Below, one piece after another: positions 48,221 through 56,696 of a stretch of DNA of 56,696 nucleotides (positions within the stretch are counted from its first letter, which is position 1; every line of letters starts with the position of its first letter). Made by a program: the position numbers and the translations under genes. Under the pieces are notes generated by a model, which was not told where the DNA came from, did no database searches, and saw only the letters and a program-made list of their open reading frames with translations. Source of the stretch: an uncultured Dehalococcoidales bacterium (GTDB taxonomy: Bacteria; Chloroflexota; Dehalococcoidia; GIF9; AB-539-J10). The stretch lies in the NCBI GenBank assembly GCA_964561465.1, contig CAZLPP010000002.1:1-56696 (forward strand). Direction: 5' to 3'.

Positions 48221-49083
48221 CCGTCAGCGCGCCGGCCAAGCTGAACCTGGTGCTCGAGGTGCTCGAGCGCAAAGACACGTACCACGTCATCGCCAGCATC
48301 GCGCAGACAATCGACCTTTGCGACACGCTGATACTCCAGCCAGGCGATGACCTCAACTTCAGCTGCAGCGAACCATCGCTCGTGGAGGACAACCTCGTGA
48401 TCCGGGCCGCGCACCTGCTGCGCGAGCGTTTCAACGTCCGCGCCGGCGCACGGATCCACCTGGAGAAGCGCATACCGTGGGGCGCCGGGCTGGGAGGCGG
48501 CAGCAGCGACGCCGCGGCTGCTCTTCAGGCGCTCAACCGGCTCTGGGCCGCCGGCGCGTCCGCGAAGCAACTCGAATCGCTCGGCGCGGAGCTTGGCTCC
48601 GATGTGCCCCTGTTCCTTCACGGGGGCACCGTGCTCATCGAGGGGCGGGGCGAGCTCGTGAGCCCCCTCGCTGACCATCCGGCCATGCACGTGGTGCTCG
48701 TCGTGCCGGCCTCTCCGCCGCCCTCGGGCAAGACAGGGCTGATGTACCGTCGCCTGGAATCAGGGCAGTTCACGCGGGGGCAGTTCGCCCGCGCGGCCCG
48801 CTTCGCGCTGGAACGGGGCAAGCGCGTGCCGGAGGAGCTGATGTTCAACGTCTTCGAGAAGGTCGCCGGCGACGTCTTCCCAGGCCTGGAGTGGGACCGT
48901 TCGCAGATTGAAGAAGCGGCCGGGACGCGCATCCACCTCGCCGGCTCAGGGCCCTGCCTCTACGCCATTCTTGATTCGGAGGCGGCGGCCGAGTCCGTCG
49001 CAAGCAGGCTGTCCGGCAGCCGGCATCGCGCCTTGACTGCGCGCTTCCTCGGTCGGGCGAGAGCGGAGTCCAGCGGCGCCTAG
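48214..49083 (+). CDS. ispE: 4-diphosphocytidyl-2-C-methyl-D-erythritol kinase
   Basis: APAKLNL.L.V and the GHMP kinase motif PWGAGLGGGSSDAAA. The GTG start just precedes the rsmA stop. Confidence 0.85.
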   Translation: MLTVSAPAKLNLVLEVLERKDTYHVIASIAQTIDLCDTLILQPGDDLNFSCSEPSLVEDNLVIRAAHLLRERFNVRAGARIHLEKRIPWGAGLGGGSSDAAAALQALNRLWAAGASAKQLESLGAELGSDVPLFLHGGTVLIEGRGELVSPLADHPAMHVVLVVPASPPPSGKTGLMYRRLESGQFTRGQFARAARFALERGKRVPEELMFNVFEKVAGDVFPGLEWDRSQIEEAAGTRIHLAGSGPCLYAILDSEAAAESVASRLSGSRHRALTARFLGRARAESSGA

Positions 49084-50342
49084 GGTCTGCCTTCGCTCAG
49101 CAGACGCAGCGCGAGTGCCGCTTCGTCCTGCCGCGAGGCGACCTCTCCATTCAGGCGGGCGGACCGCAGCGTCGCCAGGGCACGGCCCAGCGCCGGACCA
49201 TCGGTGAAGCCAAGCTGCAGCAGGTCGCGCCCCGCCAGCGCCGGACGCACGAAGCGCAGGTGCGACAGATAGAGCGCCACGCCCTCGCGGGCGCGCGGCC
49301 CTTCGAACAGCAACCCGGCAGCCTGCAGGGCGGCCTGGCTGCGACCGTGCAGCAGGTCGAAGACCTCAGATGGCTTCAGGTCCGGGCGGTCCAGTCGCGA
49401 CTCAAGCTCCCCCAGCGCAAGCGCATCGGCGATGTCGTCAGACACCGAGCGCCGCAGGTTCAAACGCGCGCGAAGCGATGGCAGCGCCCCGGCATCGAGA
49501 TGCCAGGCGAGGAGGCACCAGCACAGGCTCGGGAACACCCCGGAAGAGCGCGGCCGCCGGCGCACCGCGAACAGCGCCTCAGCTCTCCGCGGCCCGAACC
49601 GGAGACCCGGGTGCAGCGCCCCCAGCAGGCCCATCGCATCGAGCCGCTGAAGCGTCTGCTCCGGCTCGTGCTCCTCGAAGGTGCGCTCCATCTCGTGGCG
49701 AACGCGGTCGCCGCTGATGCTGTCGAGATACGCAAGGTCACGTTTCAGCAGGGCGAGCGTGCCGGGCTCGAGGGCGAAGCCGAACCGTTGCTCGTAGCGA
49801 ACACCGCGGAGCATTCGGGTCGCATCGTCGATGAAGCTGCGGTCGTGCAGCACTCGTATGAAGCCGTGCTCGAGGTCGCCCCAACCTCCGTGAGGGTCCA
49901 GCAGGTCACCGCGGTGTCCCCCGTTCAGCGCAAGGGCCATGGCGTTCAGACTGAAGTCCCGGCGCGCGAGGTCCTCCTCGATACTTCCGGGACGCACGGA
50001 AGGCAGTGCGCCGGGGTGCTCGTACGTTTCGGCGCGCGCCGTGACGAGGTCGATTCGGGCGCCGCCCACCGAGATGGTGGCGGTGCCGAAGTCTGCGTGA
50101 ACGACCGGAGCCGGTTCGCCCGGCCGCGCCATCTCGCGGGCCAGTATCACCGCATCGCCTTCGATTACCACGTCGAGGTCCAGGCTGGTCAGGCCGAGCA
50201 GCATGTCGCGGACAGGCCCTCCGACAAGGAAGACTCGCCAGCCGAGCTCGCCGGCGCGCACACTCACGCGGTCGAGCACGTCGCGCATGCCCGTCGGAAG
50301 CCATCTGTCGAGTTCTGCCCAGAAGTTCATTCGCCTCACCAT
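49080..50342 (-). CDS. cca: CCA-adding enzyme / poly(A) polymerase family nucleotidyltransferase
   Basis: FLVGGPVRDMLLG....DLD and RDFS.NAMA. An alternative ATG at 50330 follows GGTGAGG. Confidence 0.8.
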   Translation of the reverse strand: MVRRMNFWAELDRWLPTGMRDVLDRVSVRAGELGWRVFLVGGPVRDMLLGLTSLDLDVVIEGDAVILAREMARPGEPAPVVHADFGTATISVGGARIDLVTARAETYEHPGALPSVRPGSIEEDLARRDFSLNAMALALNGGHRGDLLDPHGGWGDLEHGFIRVLHDRSFIDDATRMLRGVRYEQRFGFALEPGTLALLKRDLAYLDSISGDRVRHEMERTFEEHEPEQTLQRLDAMGLLGALHPGLRFGPRRAEALFAVRRRPRSSGVFPSLCWCLLAWHLDAGALPSLRARLNLRRSVSDDIADALALGELESRLDRPDLKPSEVFDLLHGRSQAALQAAGLLFEGPRAREGVALYLSHLRFVRPALAGRDLLQLGFTDGPALGRALATLRSARLNGEVASRQDEAALALRLLSEGRP

Positions 50343-50493
50343 TGCTCGGGCCGATTATAGCACCGGCCCCGTTCGCACGAATGAACGGTGCGGGTGGACG
50401 CTCGGCGCGCGAACGCATACAATGTCGCGGCAAGCAGATATGACGTCCGGTCCTCCGGCAGTCCCGCCGGAAGCGGAATCGACAGGAGGCAGC

Positions 50494-51645
50494 ATGAGCT
50501 TTCACGGATACGTTCGGCCAAACGGAGACGTGGGTGTTCGGAACTACGTGGGCATCATCTCGACCGTCGCCTGCGCCAACGACGTCGCGCGGTGGATAGC
50601 CGACCGCGTGCCCGGCAGCGCCACGTTCGTCCACCAGCAGGGCTGCGGCAACCCGGGGTCCGATGCGGTCCTCGTGCGGCGCACGCTGAGCAACCTCGGC
50701 GCGCATCCGAATCTCGGCGCCGTGCTGCTCGTGAGCCTCGGCTGTGAAGGACCCGCGGATGACATACGGGAGGCCATCGCGAGGACGGGAAAGCCGGTCG
50801 AGAACATCGTCCTGCAGAAGATAGGCGGAGCCAGCAAGGCCGTCGAAGAAGGCGGGCGCATCGCGCGCGGCATGCTCGCCGCCATCTCCGGACAGCAGCG
50901 TGAAGAGATTGACGACTCGCACCTCATCATCGGCGTGAAGTGCGGCGCCTCGGACACCACGCAGGGAATCGTCGCCAACCCGGCAATCGGCGCCATGTGC
51001 GACATGGTAGTAGCCGCCGGTGGCACGTGCGTCTTCGGCGAGACGCCGGAGATGCTCGGCACCGAGCACATCCTGTGCCGCCGGGCCGAGAGCGAGCAGG
51101 TGTGCAGGAGAATCTGTGAGATAGTCACCGACGTCGAGAAGCGAGCGGGCATCCTCGGGGTCGACATACGGGGCGCCAACCCCTCTCGCGGCAACATCGC
51201 CGCCGGCCTCAGCACCATCGAGGAGAAGTCGCTGGGCGCCATCGTCAAGGGCGGCACAACGACCATCAGGGGCGTGCTGCAGCACGGCGAGCGCGCCACA
51301 GGCAAAGGGCTCTACCTCATCGACAGCCCGGGACAGGAGCCGAAGGCGGTCACCGCGCTCGCGGCCACGGGCGCGCAGATAATCATGTTCGCCACAGGCA
51401 TCGGCGCGCCACAGGGGTTCCCGTTCGTGCCGGTCATCAAGGTCACCGCAAACCCGCGTACGGCCGAGCACCTTGCCGAGCACATCGACGTGCTCGTGAA
51501 CGTGTTCAGCGACGCCCCGATGGAGGAGCACGGCCGCCGCCTCTACGGCGAGATGCTGGCGGTGGCGTCAGGCCATACGACGAAGGCCGAGGCGCTCGGA
51601 TACAGCGGCTATCCGGACATCTGGGTGTCGGGCACCGTGTTCTAG
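50494..51645 (+). CDS. UxaA-family sugar-acid dehydratase, large (C-terminal) part without a SAF domain
   Basis: The ATG follows GGAGG. GYVRPNGDVGVRNYVGII.TV.CAN and HQQGCG. Its 383 aa begin where the SAF domain of full-length UxaA ends. Confidence 0.8.
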   Translation: MSFHGYVRPNGDVGVRNYVGIISTVACANDVARWIADRVPGSATFVHQQGCGNPGSDAVLVRRTLSNLGAHPNLGAVLLVSLGCEGPADDIREAIARTGKPVENIVLQKIGGASKAVEEGGRIARGMLAAISGQQREEIDDSHLIIGVKCGASDTTQGIVANPAIGAMCDMVVAAGGTCVFGETPEMLGTEHILCRRAESEQVCRRICEIVTDVEKRAGILGVDIRGANPSRGNIAAGLSTIEEKSLGAIVKGGTTTIRGVLQHGERATGKGLYLIDSPGQEPKAVTALAATGAQIIMFATGIGAPQGFPFVPVIKVTANPRTAEHLAEHIDVLVNVFSDAPMEEHGRRLYGEMLAVASGHTTKAEALGYSGYPDIWVSGTVF

Positions 51646-51661
51646 TCGCGCGACTCCCCTT

Positions 51662-51943
51662 GAGCTGTCAGCGGGAGCCAACGTGCTCTTCTTCTCGACG
51701 GGTCGCGGCACGCCGATCGGATTCTCGTTCGTACCGGTCCTCAAGGCCACCGGCAATCGCGATACCTTCGAGCGGATGAGGGACAACATCGACGTGTACG
51801 TCGACCTTGCGACCTCGGGCACGCTCGAATCGAGCGGCAGGCTTCTGTTCGACGCGGCGCTCGCCGTCGCCTCGGGCCGGCGCACCAGCGCGGAGGTATT
51901 GCACCAGAACACCTGCAGCGGCATCTGCGTCACCGGGCCGTAG
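51662..51943 (+). pseudogene. Relic 3' fragment of a second UxaA-type dehydratase gene
   Basis: The translation GANVLFFSTGRGTPIGFSFVPVLKATGNRDT...ALAVASGRRTSAEVL aligns by eye (about 45% identity) with the last ~90 aa of the intact gene just upstream. No N-terminal ~290 codons are present. Confidence 0.55.
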
Positions 51944-52436
51944 ATGGTCGGCTGCGAGCATTGTCGGACCCGAAATGGGCGGCGTACACTTGTTCGATTT
52001 GTGCCATACGCGAACCGGCCGACTCCGTGGCAGCGGATAGCGGCGCCCGGGACACTCGACGACGGCACGACAGCGGCAGCTTCGACCCAACCCCGGAAGG
52101 AGAGAGGACCCCGGTCCGGTCGCCGGACCGGCGGTTACCGTGCACGAGATACGCATCCCGTCGGCTTCCTCGCATCCATCCTCCGGCGGGCGCTGCTGTT
52201 CGCGCACGCACAGGCTTGCAGAGCAGGCTTCCTGTTGAAATCGCTCATCAAAACAGGCTACTATACCGGCGGTTGGCGACCCGCAATCCGGCGGCGTCAC
52301 GCCGCAGGTGCCCCGGCCTCCGTCAGGGTCTCGACCTCACTCATGATGTTCAGGTTGCGCATACGTCCCGCCACAGCCGCAATCTCACACGCGGAGCGGA
52401 CGAGCATTTCTATTCACACTTTAAGGAGGAACCGGC

Positions 52437-53807
52437 ATGATCAACGTTGATGCCCTGAAACGGATCGTCGGCGACGACTGGGTCGTGACAGCGCGCGACC
52501 AGATCACGGGCTACCTGGCCGACGAGACGTATCTCGGCGTGCTCCCCAAGCCCGCGGACAACGTCGTCGTCGTGAAGCCCGCGAATCCGAAGGAGATCTC
52601 TGAGATCCTGAAGCTCGCCAACAAGGAGAAGACACCCGTCTACCCGCGCGGCGGCGGCACGGGCCTGGTCGGCGCGGCCGTACCCACGAAGGACGGCATC
52701 GTCCTGTCGCTCGAGCGCCTCGACAAGGTCATCGAGGTCGACAAAGAGAACATGATGGTCGTTGCCGAGGCGGGCGTGACCCTCGAGCATCTGCTGAAGT
52801 CGGTGGAGGCCAGCGACCTGCTCTTCCCGCCTCACCCCGGTGACGAGGGCGCGCAGGTGGGCGGCATGATTGCCTGCAACGCCGGCGGCACCCGCGCCGT
52901 GAAGTACGGCGTCGTCCGCAACTACGTCAAGGGCCTCGAGGTCGTGCTGCCTACCGGTGAGATTGTGACGATGGGCGGCAAGCTGCTCAAGAACAACACC
53001 GGCCTCGACCTGATGCACCTCATCATCGACTCCGAGGGCGTCCTCGGCATCATCACCAAGGCCACGATGCGGCTCTACCCGAAGTTCGGCGCAACCGCCA
53101 CGCTGGTCGTCTCGTTCGACGACCGCCGCGCAGCCATCGGCATGGTCCCCAAGATCCTGCAGGCGGGCGTCATCCCGATGGCCATCGAGTACACCGAGAA
53201 GTCGCTGATGGAGATGACGGCGAAGCACGTGAACATGACCTGGCCGGCGAAGCAGGGCACGGCGCAGATCATCATCATCATGGCCGAGTCAAACGAGGAC
53301 CAGCTCTACGGCATGTGCGAGCAGATCTCGTCCATCGCCGAGAAGAACGGCGCGGTGGACGTCCTCATGGCTGAGACAGGCGCCGAGCAGACGACCATCT
53401 TGAAGATACGCAGCGAGGTCGGCAATGCCGTGAAGTCGAAGGTGTGCGACGCCCTCGACGTGACCGTTCCCCCGGCAGCCATCCCCGACATGCTCGACGC
53501 CCTGGACAAGGTCGCCGAGAAGTACGGCATCTTCATCCCGGTGGTCGGCCACGCCGGCGACGGCAACCTGCACCCCAACATGATGTGGGAGTACCAGAAG
53601 AAGGGTGTGCTGAAGGAAGCCAAGCACGACATCTACGAGGCCGCCATCAAGCTGGGCGGCGTCATCTCCGGCGAGCACGGCATCGGCAAGACGAGGCTCG
53701 AAGTGCTGCCCATGAACATCGACCCGAAGTCGCGCGAGCTGATGTGCGGCATCAAGAAGCTGTTCGACCCGAACGGCATCCTGAGCCCCGACAGCGCCAT
53801 CTGCTAG
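52437..53807 (+). CDS. FAD-linked oxidase (GlcD / D-lactate dehydrogenase family)
   Basis: FAD_binding_4 pattern: V.PRGGGTGLVGAAVP..DGIVLSLERL. C-terminal GVISGEHGIGK.R and DPNGILSP. The ATG follows AAGGAGGA. Confidence 0.85.
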   Translation: MINVDALKRIVGDDWVVTARDQITGYLADETYLGVLPKPADNVVVVKPANPKEISEILKLANKEKTPVYPRGGGTGLVGAAVPTKDGIVLSLERLDKVIEVDKENMMVVAEAGVTLEHLLKSVEASDLLFPPHPGDEGAQVGGMIACNAGGTRAVKYGVVRNYVKGLEVVLPTGEIVTMGGKLLKNNTGLDLMHLIIDSEGVLGIITKATMRLYPKFGATATLVVSFDDRRAAIGMVPKILQAGVIPMAIEYTEKSLMEMTAKHVNMTWPAKQGTAQIIIIMAESNEDQLYGMCEQISSIAEKNGAVDVLMAETGAEQTTILKIRSEVGNAVKSKVCDALDVTVPPAAIPDMLDALDKVAEKYGIFIPVVGHAGDGNLHPNMMWEYQKKGVLKEAKHDIYEAAIKLGGVISGEHGIGKTRLEVLPMNIDPKSRELMCGIKKLFDPNGILSPDSAIC

Positions 53808-53831
53808 GCGCGGCGAAACGTCTGGAACCAG

Positions 53832-53859
53832 AAGGGGGAGGCCGCGCGGCCTCCCCCTT
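53832..53859. terminator. Bidirectional terminator hairpin between the convergent glcD-like and URO-D-like genes
   Basis: aagggggaggccg / cggcctccccctt, with flanking A and T runs. Confidence 0.6.
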
Positions 53860-53881
53860 TCCATTCTCCGGAGCGCGGGCG

Positions 53882-55057
53882 CTACCAGGAGATGCGTTCG
53901 AGCCCGGCCGCCTCGCGCAGCAGGTTGAGGAACAGCCGATACATGGTGAAGGGCACGTCCGGCGGGACGAGGTGGTCGAGGGAGGGGAAGTAGCCGCCCG
54001 ACTGCAGCAGGAAGGGCGCCTTGGCCATGACCTCCGCGCGCAGCACGTCCTCGCCCTTGAGGAAGGCGCGCTTGTCCATGTTGCCGGCGAGGATGATGTC
54101 CTTGCCGTACTGCTTGCGCAGCGCGACGGCGTCGTTGCCGGCGGCGCACTCCAGGGGCCAGAAGCCGTTCACGCCCGCTTCGAGCCAGAGAGGGATGAGG
54201 GCGCTGAGGTTGCCGTCGCTGTCGACGAAGATGGACGTCACGCCTGCCTTGTGGAGCAGTTCGGTGACGCGCTTGTAGCGCGGGACCATGAAGCGCTTGA
54301 ACATCTTCGGTGAGATGAGCGGCCCCGTCTTGAAGCACATGTCTTCCCAGTACATGGCGCAGTCAACTCTTATGTCAGCCAGCACACGCTTCACGACCTC
54401 TTCCTGCAGGCAGGTCATGTGCTCCATCATGTCCTCGAAGAGGACGGGGTCGTCGTAGACGAGGTAGAGGACCCGTTCGGTGCCCATCCACTCGCGGATG
54501 AAGCCGAAGAGGCCGCCGACGTTGAGCATGACGGGCTCATCCTTCGAGTTGATGCGCTGCGCATAGGCGGACCAGTCGGCCGGCCAGCGCTCGGGCGTGG
54601 CGGGGTCGAGTCGCTTCCGGTACTCCTCCCAGGTGGCGCGGTCCTTCACGGGGAAGTCGAGGTACATGGGCATCTTCTCGGGGTGGCGTTTTGAGGCGCG
54701 CAGCTTCTGACCGCCGGCGTTGACGATGACGACATGCTCGTCGTCCTCTTCGAGTGTGGTGGTGTCGTACTGGGGCACGATGGGCGGGATGCCGTAGACG
54801 TAGGGAGCGCCGTGAACATCGACGACCTTGTCCATGAACATGCCGAGGTTGACCTCGCGCAGCATGCGCAGATGGTCGAGGTGGAAGTACTCGCCGCGGA
54901 AGCGGCTCTGGCGAATCTCCGGCGGTGCACCCTGGGCAACCCACGTGTCGAGCGTCTCGGTCCAGAAGTCATGGAAGTAGGGAGTGACGAGCATCAGGTC
55001 GCCCGTGCTCCTGAACTCGCAGATGTCCCTGAAGCGCTGTCTGCCACCGGTTGCCAT
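53882..55057 (-). CDS. Uroporphyrinogen decarboxylase (URO-D) superfamily protein, not HemE-like
   Basis: The length and C-terminal pattern (VDSDGN...LWLEAGVNG..P.E..AGND...LRK.YG..I...GN.D....L, GGYFPSLDH.VPPDVP) fit URO-D/MtaA-like TIM-barrel proteins. The HemE N-terminal PVW.MRQAGR motif was not seen. Confidence 0.55.
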   Translation of the reverse strand: MATGGRQRFRDICEFRSTGDLMLVTPYFHDFWTETLDTWVAQGAPPEIRQSRFRGEYFHLDHLRMLREVNLGMFMDKVVDVHGAPYVYGIPPIVPQYDTTTLEEDDEHVVIVNAGGQKLRASKRHPEKMPMYLDFPVKDRATWEEYRKRLDPATPERWPADWSAYAQRINSKDEPVMLNVGGLFGFIREWMGTERVLYLVYDDPVLFEDMMEHMTCLQEEVVKRVLADIRVDCAMYWEDMCFKTGPLISPKMFKRFMVPRYKRVTELLHKAGVTSIFVDSDGNLSALIPLWLEAGVNGFWPLECAAGNDAVALRKQYGKDIILAGNMDKRAFLKGEDVLRAEVMAKAPFLLQSGGYFPSLDHLVPPDVPFTMYRLFLNLLREAAGLERISW

Positions 55058-55167
55058 GTCCGGCCTCCTATCGACGGGTCGTTGGGGGCATTATAGGCAA
55101 TAGTATGTGTAGGTGCACAGGGGGAGACAGCAGTGCCGGAACAGCGGGGCGCCGCACGATGCAGCCC

Positions 55168-55767
55168 TCAGACCGGACGTCGGCTGAACGTCTCTCGCCT
55201 GGTACGGAACAACCTCCTCCGGACGAAGGCGATGAGGACGACGATGAGCAGCAGCAGCACGGGCACCACGATGAGAGGTGCGACCAGGGACAGCAGCGAT
55301 GTGCCGAACGCAGCCGCGTTCTCTCCGCTGGCCAGAACTGGGTTGCCTCCGCCTCCCGTCAGGCCGCTGGAGAGCAGCCTCGCCAGCACGCCACTCCCCT
55401 GCACTGCGGCGGCCACTCCGCCGCCGACAATGAAGCCGGTGGTCCATCTCAGCAGACCGCTATCGATGGGCAGCACTGAGGTCAACAGCAGGGTGCCTGC
55501 CCCGACGGCCATCGGCGTCGTGATGCTGTCCAGCAGGTTGTCGACGAAAGGTACGTAGTACGCCACAATCTCGAGCACCGTCGCAGTGCCGAAGCAGATG
55601 AGGGCCGGCCAGCTCTCCAGCCACATGAACCCGTCCTGCACCGGCAGGACGCCAGCGTGGGCCGCGAGGCTCGCCACCAGCATCGGCACGAAGACCCTGA
55701 AGCCGGCACTTGCCGCCAGGCCGACGCCCAGCGCCAGCGCTGTGATATTCTCCGGGTTGAACTCCAT
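55168..55767 (-). CDS. DUF4126-like integral membrane protein
   Basis: The ATG at 55767 follows GGGTGAGGA. Gly/Ala-rich TM helices (LALGVGLAASAGFRVFVPMLV) and a C-terminal basic tail. Confidence 0.55.
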   Translation of the reverse strand: MEFNPENITALALGVGLAASAGFRVFVPMLVASLAAHAGVLPVQDGFMWLESWPALICFGTATVLEIVAYYVPFVDNLLDSITTPMAVGAGTLLLTSVLPIDSGLLRWTTGFIVGGGVAAAVQGSGVLARLLSSGLTGGGGNPVLASGENAAAFGTSLLSLVAPLIVVPVLLLLIVVLIAFVRRRLFRTRRETFSRRPV

Positions 55768-55810
55768 CGAATCCTCACCCACAGTCTATACCAATCCGGA
55801 TGGCGAGAAG

Positions 55811-56161
55811 GTGAACGTGACGAACGAGGACGTGACCCGCTTCATCGAGTCAATTCCCGCGGATCGGAGGCCGCAGTTCGACGAACTGCAGGCGCTCATA
55901 CTGCACCTCTATCCGGAGGCAGACGTCGTGCTCTGGTACCACGTGCCGACGTATCGCACTAAGTCCGGTTGGGTTGCCCTCGGCTACTGGAAGGGTGGCG
56001 CATCGCTCTACACCAATGGACCGCACAACCTCGTCGCCTTCAAGGCGGCACACCCGAGCGCCAAGACGGGCAAGGCCAGCATCAACTTCATCGCCGGCGA
56101 GCCCATACCCACCGGTGCCGTGGAACAGGTGATCCGGCACGCGATGGAGGGGATGAAGTAG
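55811..56161 (+). CDS. DUF1801/YdhG-like small protein
   Basis: V.RFIESIP..RRP.F.EL..LI and KASINF patterns. The GTG start is uncertain. Confidence 0.45.
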   Translation: MNVTNEDVTRFIESIPADRRPQFDELQALILHLYPEADVVLWYHVPTYRTKSGWVALGYWKGGASLYTNGPHNLVAFKAAHPSAKTGKASINFIAGEPIPTGAVEQVIRHAMEGMK

Positions 56162-56217
56162 CCGACTGAGCTCGGCACGCCCCTGGCAAGCAACCCCCGA
56201 CGGCACGTCGCGACGCC

Positions 56218-56696
56218 TCAGTGCGGCGCACGCTGCCCCGCCGGCGCCTTCGGTCGCTTCACGAACAGAATCGTGGGGATGCCCACCGCGAAGAGTGAGG
56301 CGAATATCACGAAGACCCAGTAGTACGTGCCGGTCGCGTCGTACATCAGCCCGGCGAAGAACGGTCCCGTGGCCGTGCCGGAGCTCTGCGCCATGTTCAG
56401 GGCGCCGAAGACAGCCCCATAGGCGAGGAGTCCGAAGTTCGTGCTGGCGAGCATCGACAGCGTCGGCAGCCACGCTCCCATCCCCAGGCCGAGCAGCAGT
56501 GCGAAAACCCAGATGAGGACGACGGGCGAGTCCGCGTTGATGTTGATGAGGATGAGCGCGGCGCCAGCCTGCATCGCCTGTCCAACGGCCACGCCTTCTT
56601 CGGCTGCATCCGGTCACACAGCCAGCCAAAAACTGCCTTGCCGACCGCGCTGCCCACCCCCATCATGCCGATGGCCGCGGCCGCCATCTGCGTCGG
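56218..56696 (-). pseudogene. MFS transporter 3' portion with an apparent frameshift near 56590-56600 (5' end outside window)
   Basis: Two overlapping reading frames (56397-56687 and 56218-56592) each carry contiguous MFS-like TM sequence: ...GKAVFGWLCDRMQPKKA / VAVGQAMQAGAALILI.... Confidence 0.5.

Noticed and set aside
49906-51531. A 541-aa minus-strand ORF
   Set aside because: It is antisense to cca and the UxaA-type gene, and its Arg/Gly/Ala-rich sequence has no recognisable domain.
52297-52407. A 36-codon minus-strand ORF (MLVRSACEIAAVAGRMRNLNIMSEVETLTEAGAPAA) in the large non-coding gap
   Set aside because: It has no ribosome-binding site or recognisable family and is too short to support from sequence alone.

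Overview
This is a high-GC (about 65%) and densely coding bacterial chromosomal segment. Its gene content looks Chloroflexota-like, a low-confidence guess based on a DnaD/DnaI-type replication module, an archaeal-type FBP aldolase/phosphatase and a hyp operon. I support about 58 genes. They include holB-yaaT and a lipid-related cluster (SDR, two DegV, GT4, DedA, PlsY-like). A tightly coupled trxB-rplI-dnaB-dnaD-loader operon and yceD-rpmF-fabD-nusB run straight into a complete hypABFCD-X-E maturation operon. There is also a Liv-type ABC importer, a MOFRL kinase plus divergent enolase pair, an ABC-2 exporter, and a TctCBA transporter next to a nitrilase and a tautomerase. The rest comprises katG, dnaN-rdgB-FBP aldolase/phosphatase, a PAS histidine kinase, rsmA-ispE, cca, a UxaA-type dehydratase with a relic paralog fragment, and several oxidoreductases. 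I found no tRNA, rRNA, CRISPR array, transposase or integrase. The most interesting items are an uncharacterised Cys-bearing ORF embedded in the hyp operon and coupled to hypE, a helicase loader with two tandem DnaC/DnaI AAA+ modules, and an enolase paralog that seems to lack two catalytic residues and is coupled to a glycerate-kinase-like gene. Others are a triple-repeat lipoprotein and a pair of related palindromic hairpins. All family assignments are from by-eye motif recognition. No database search was run.
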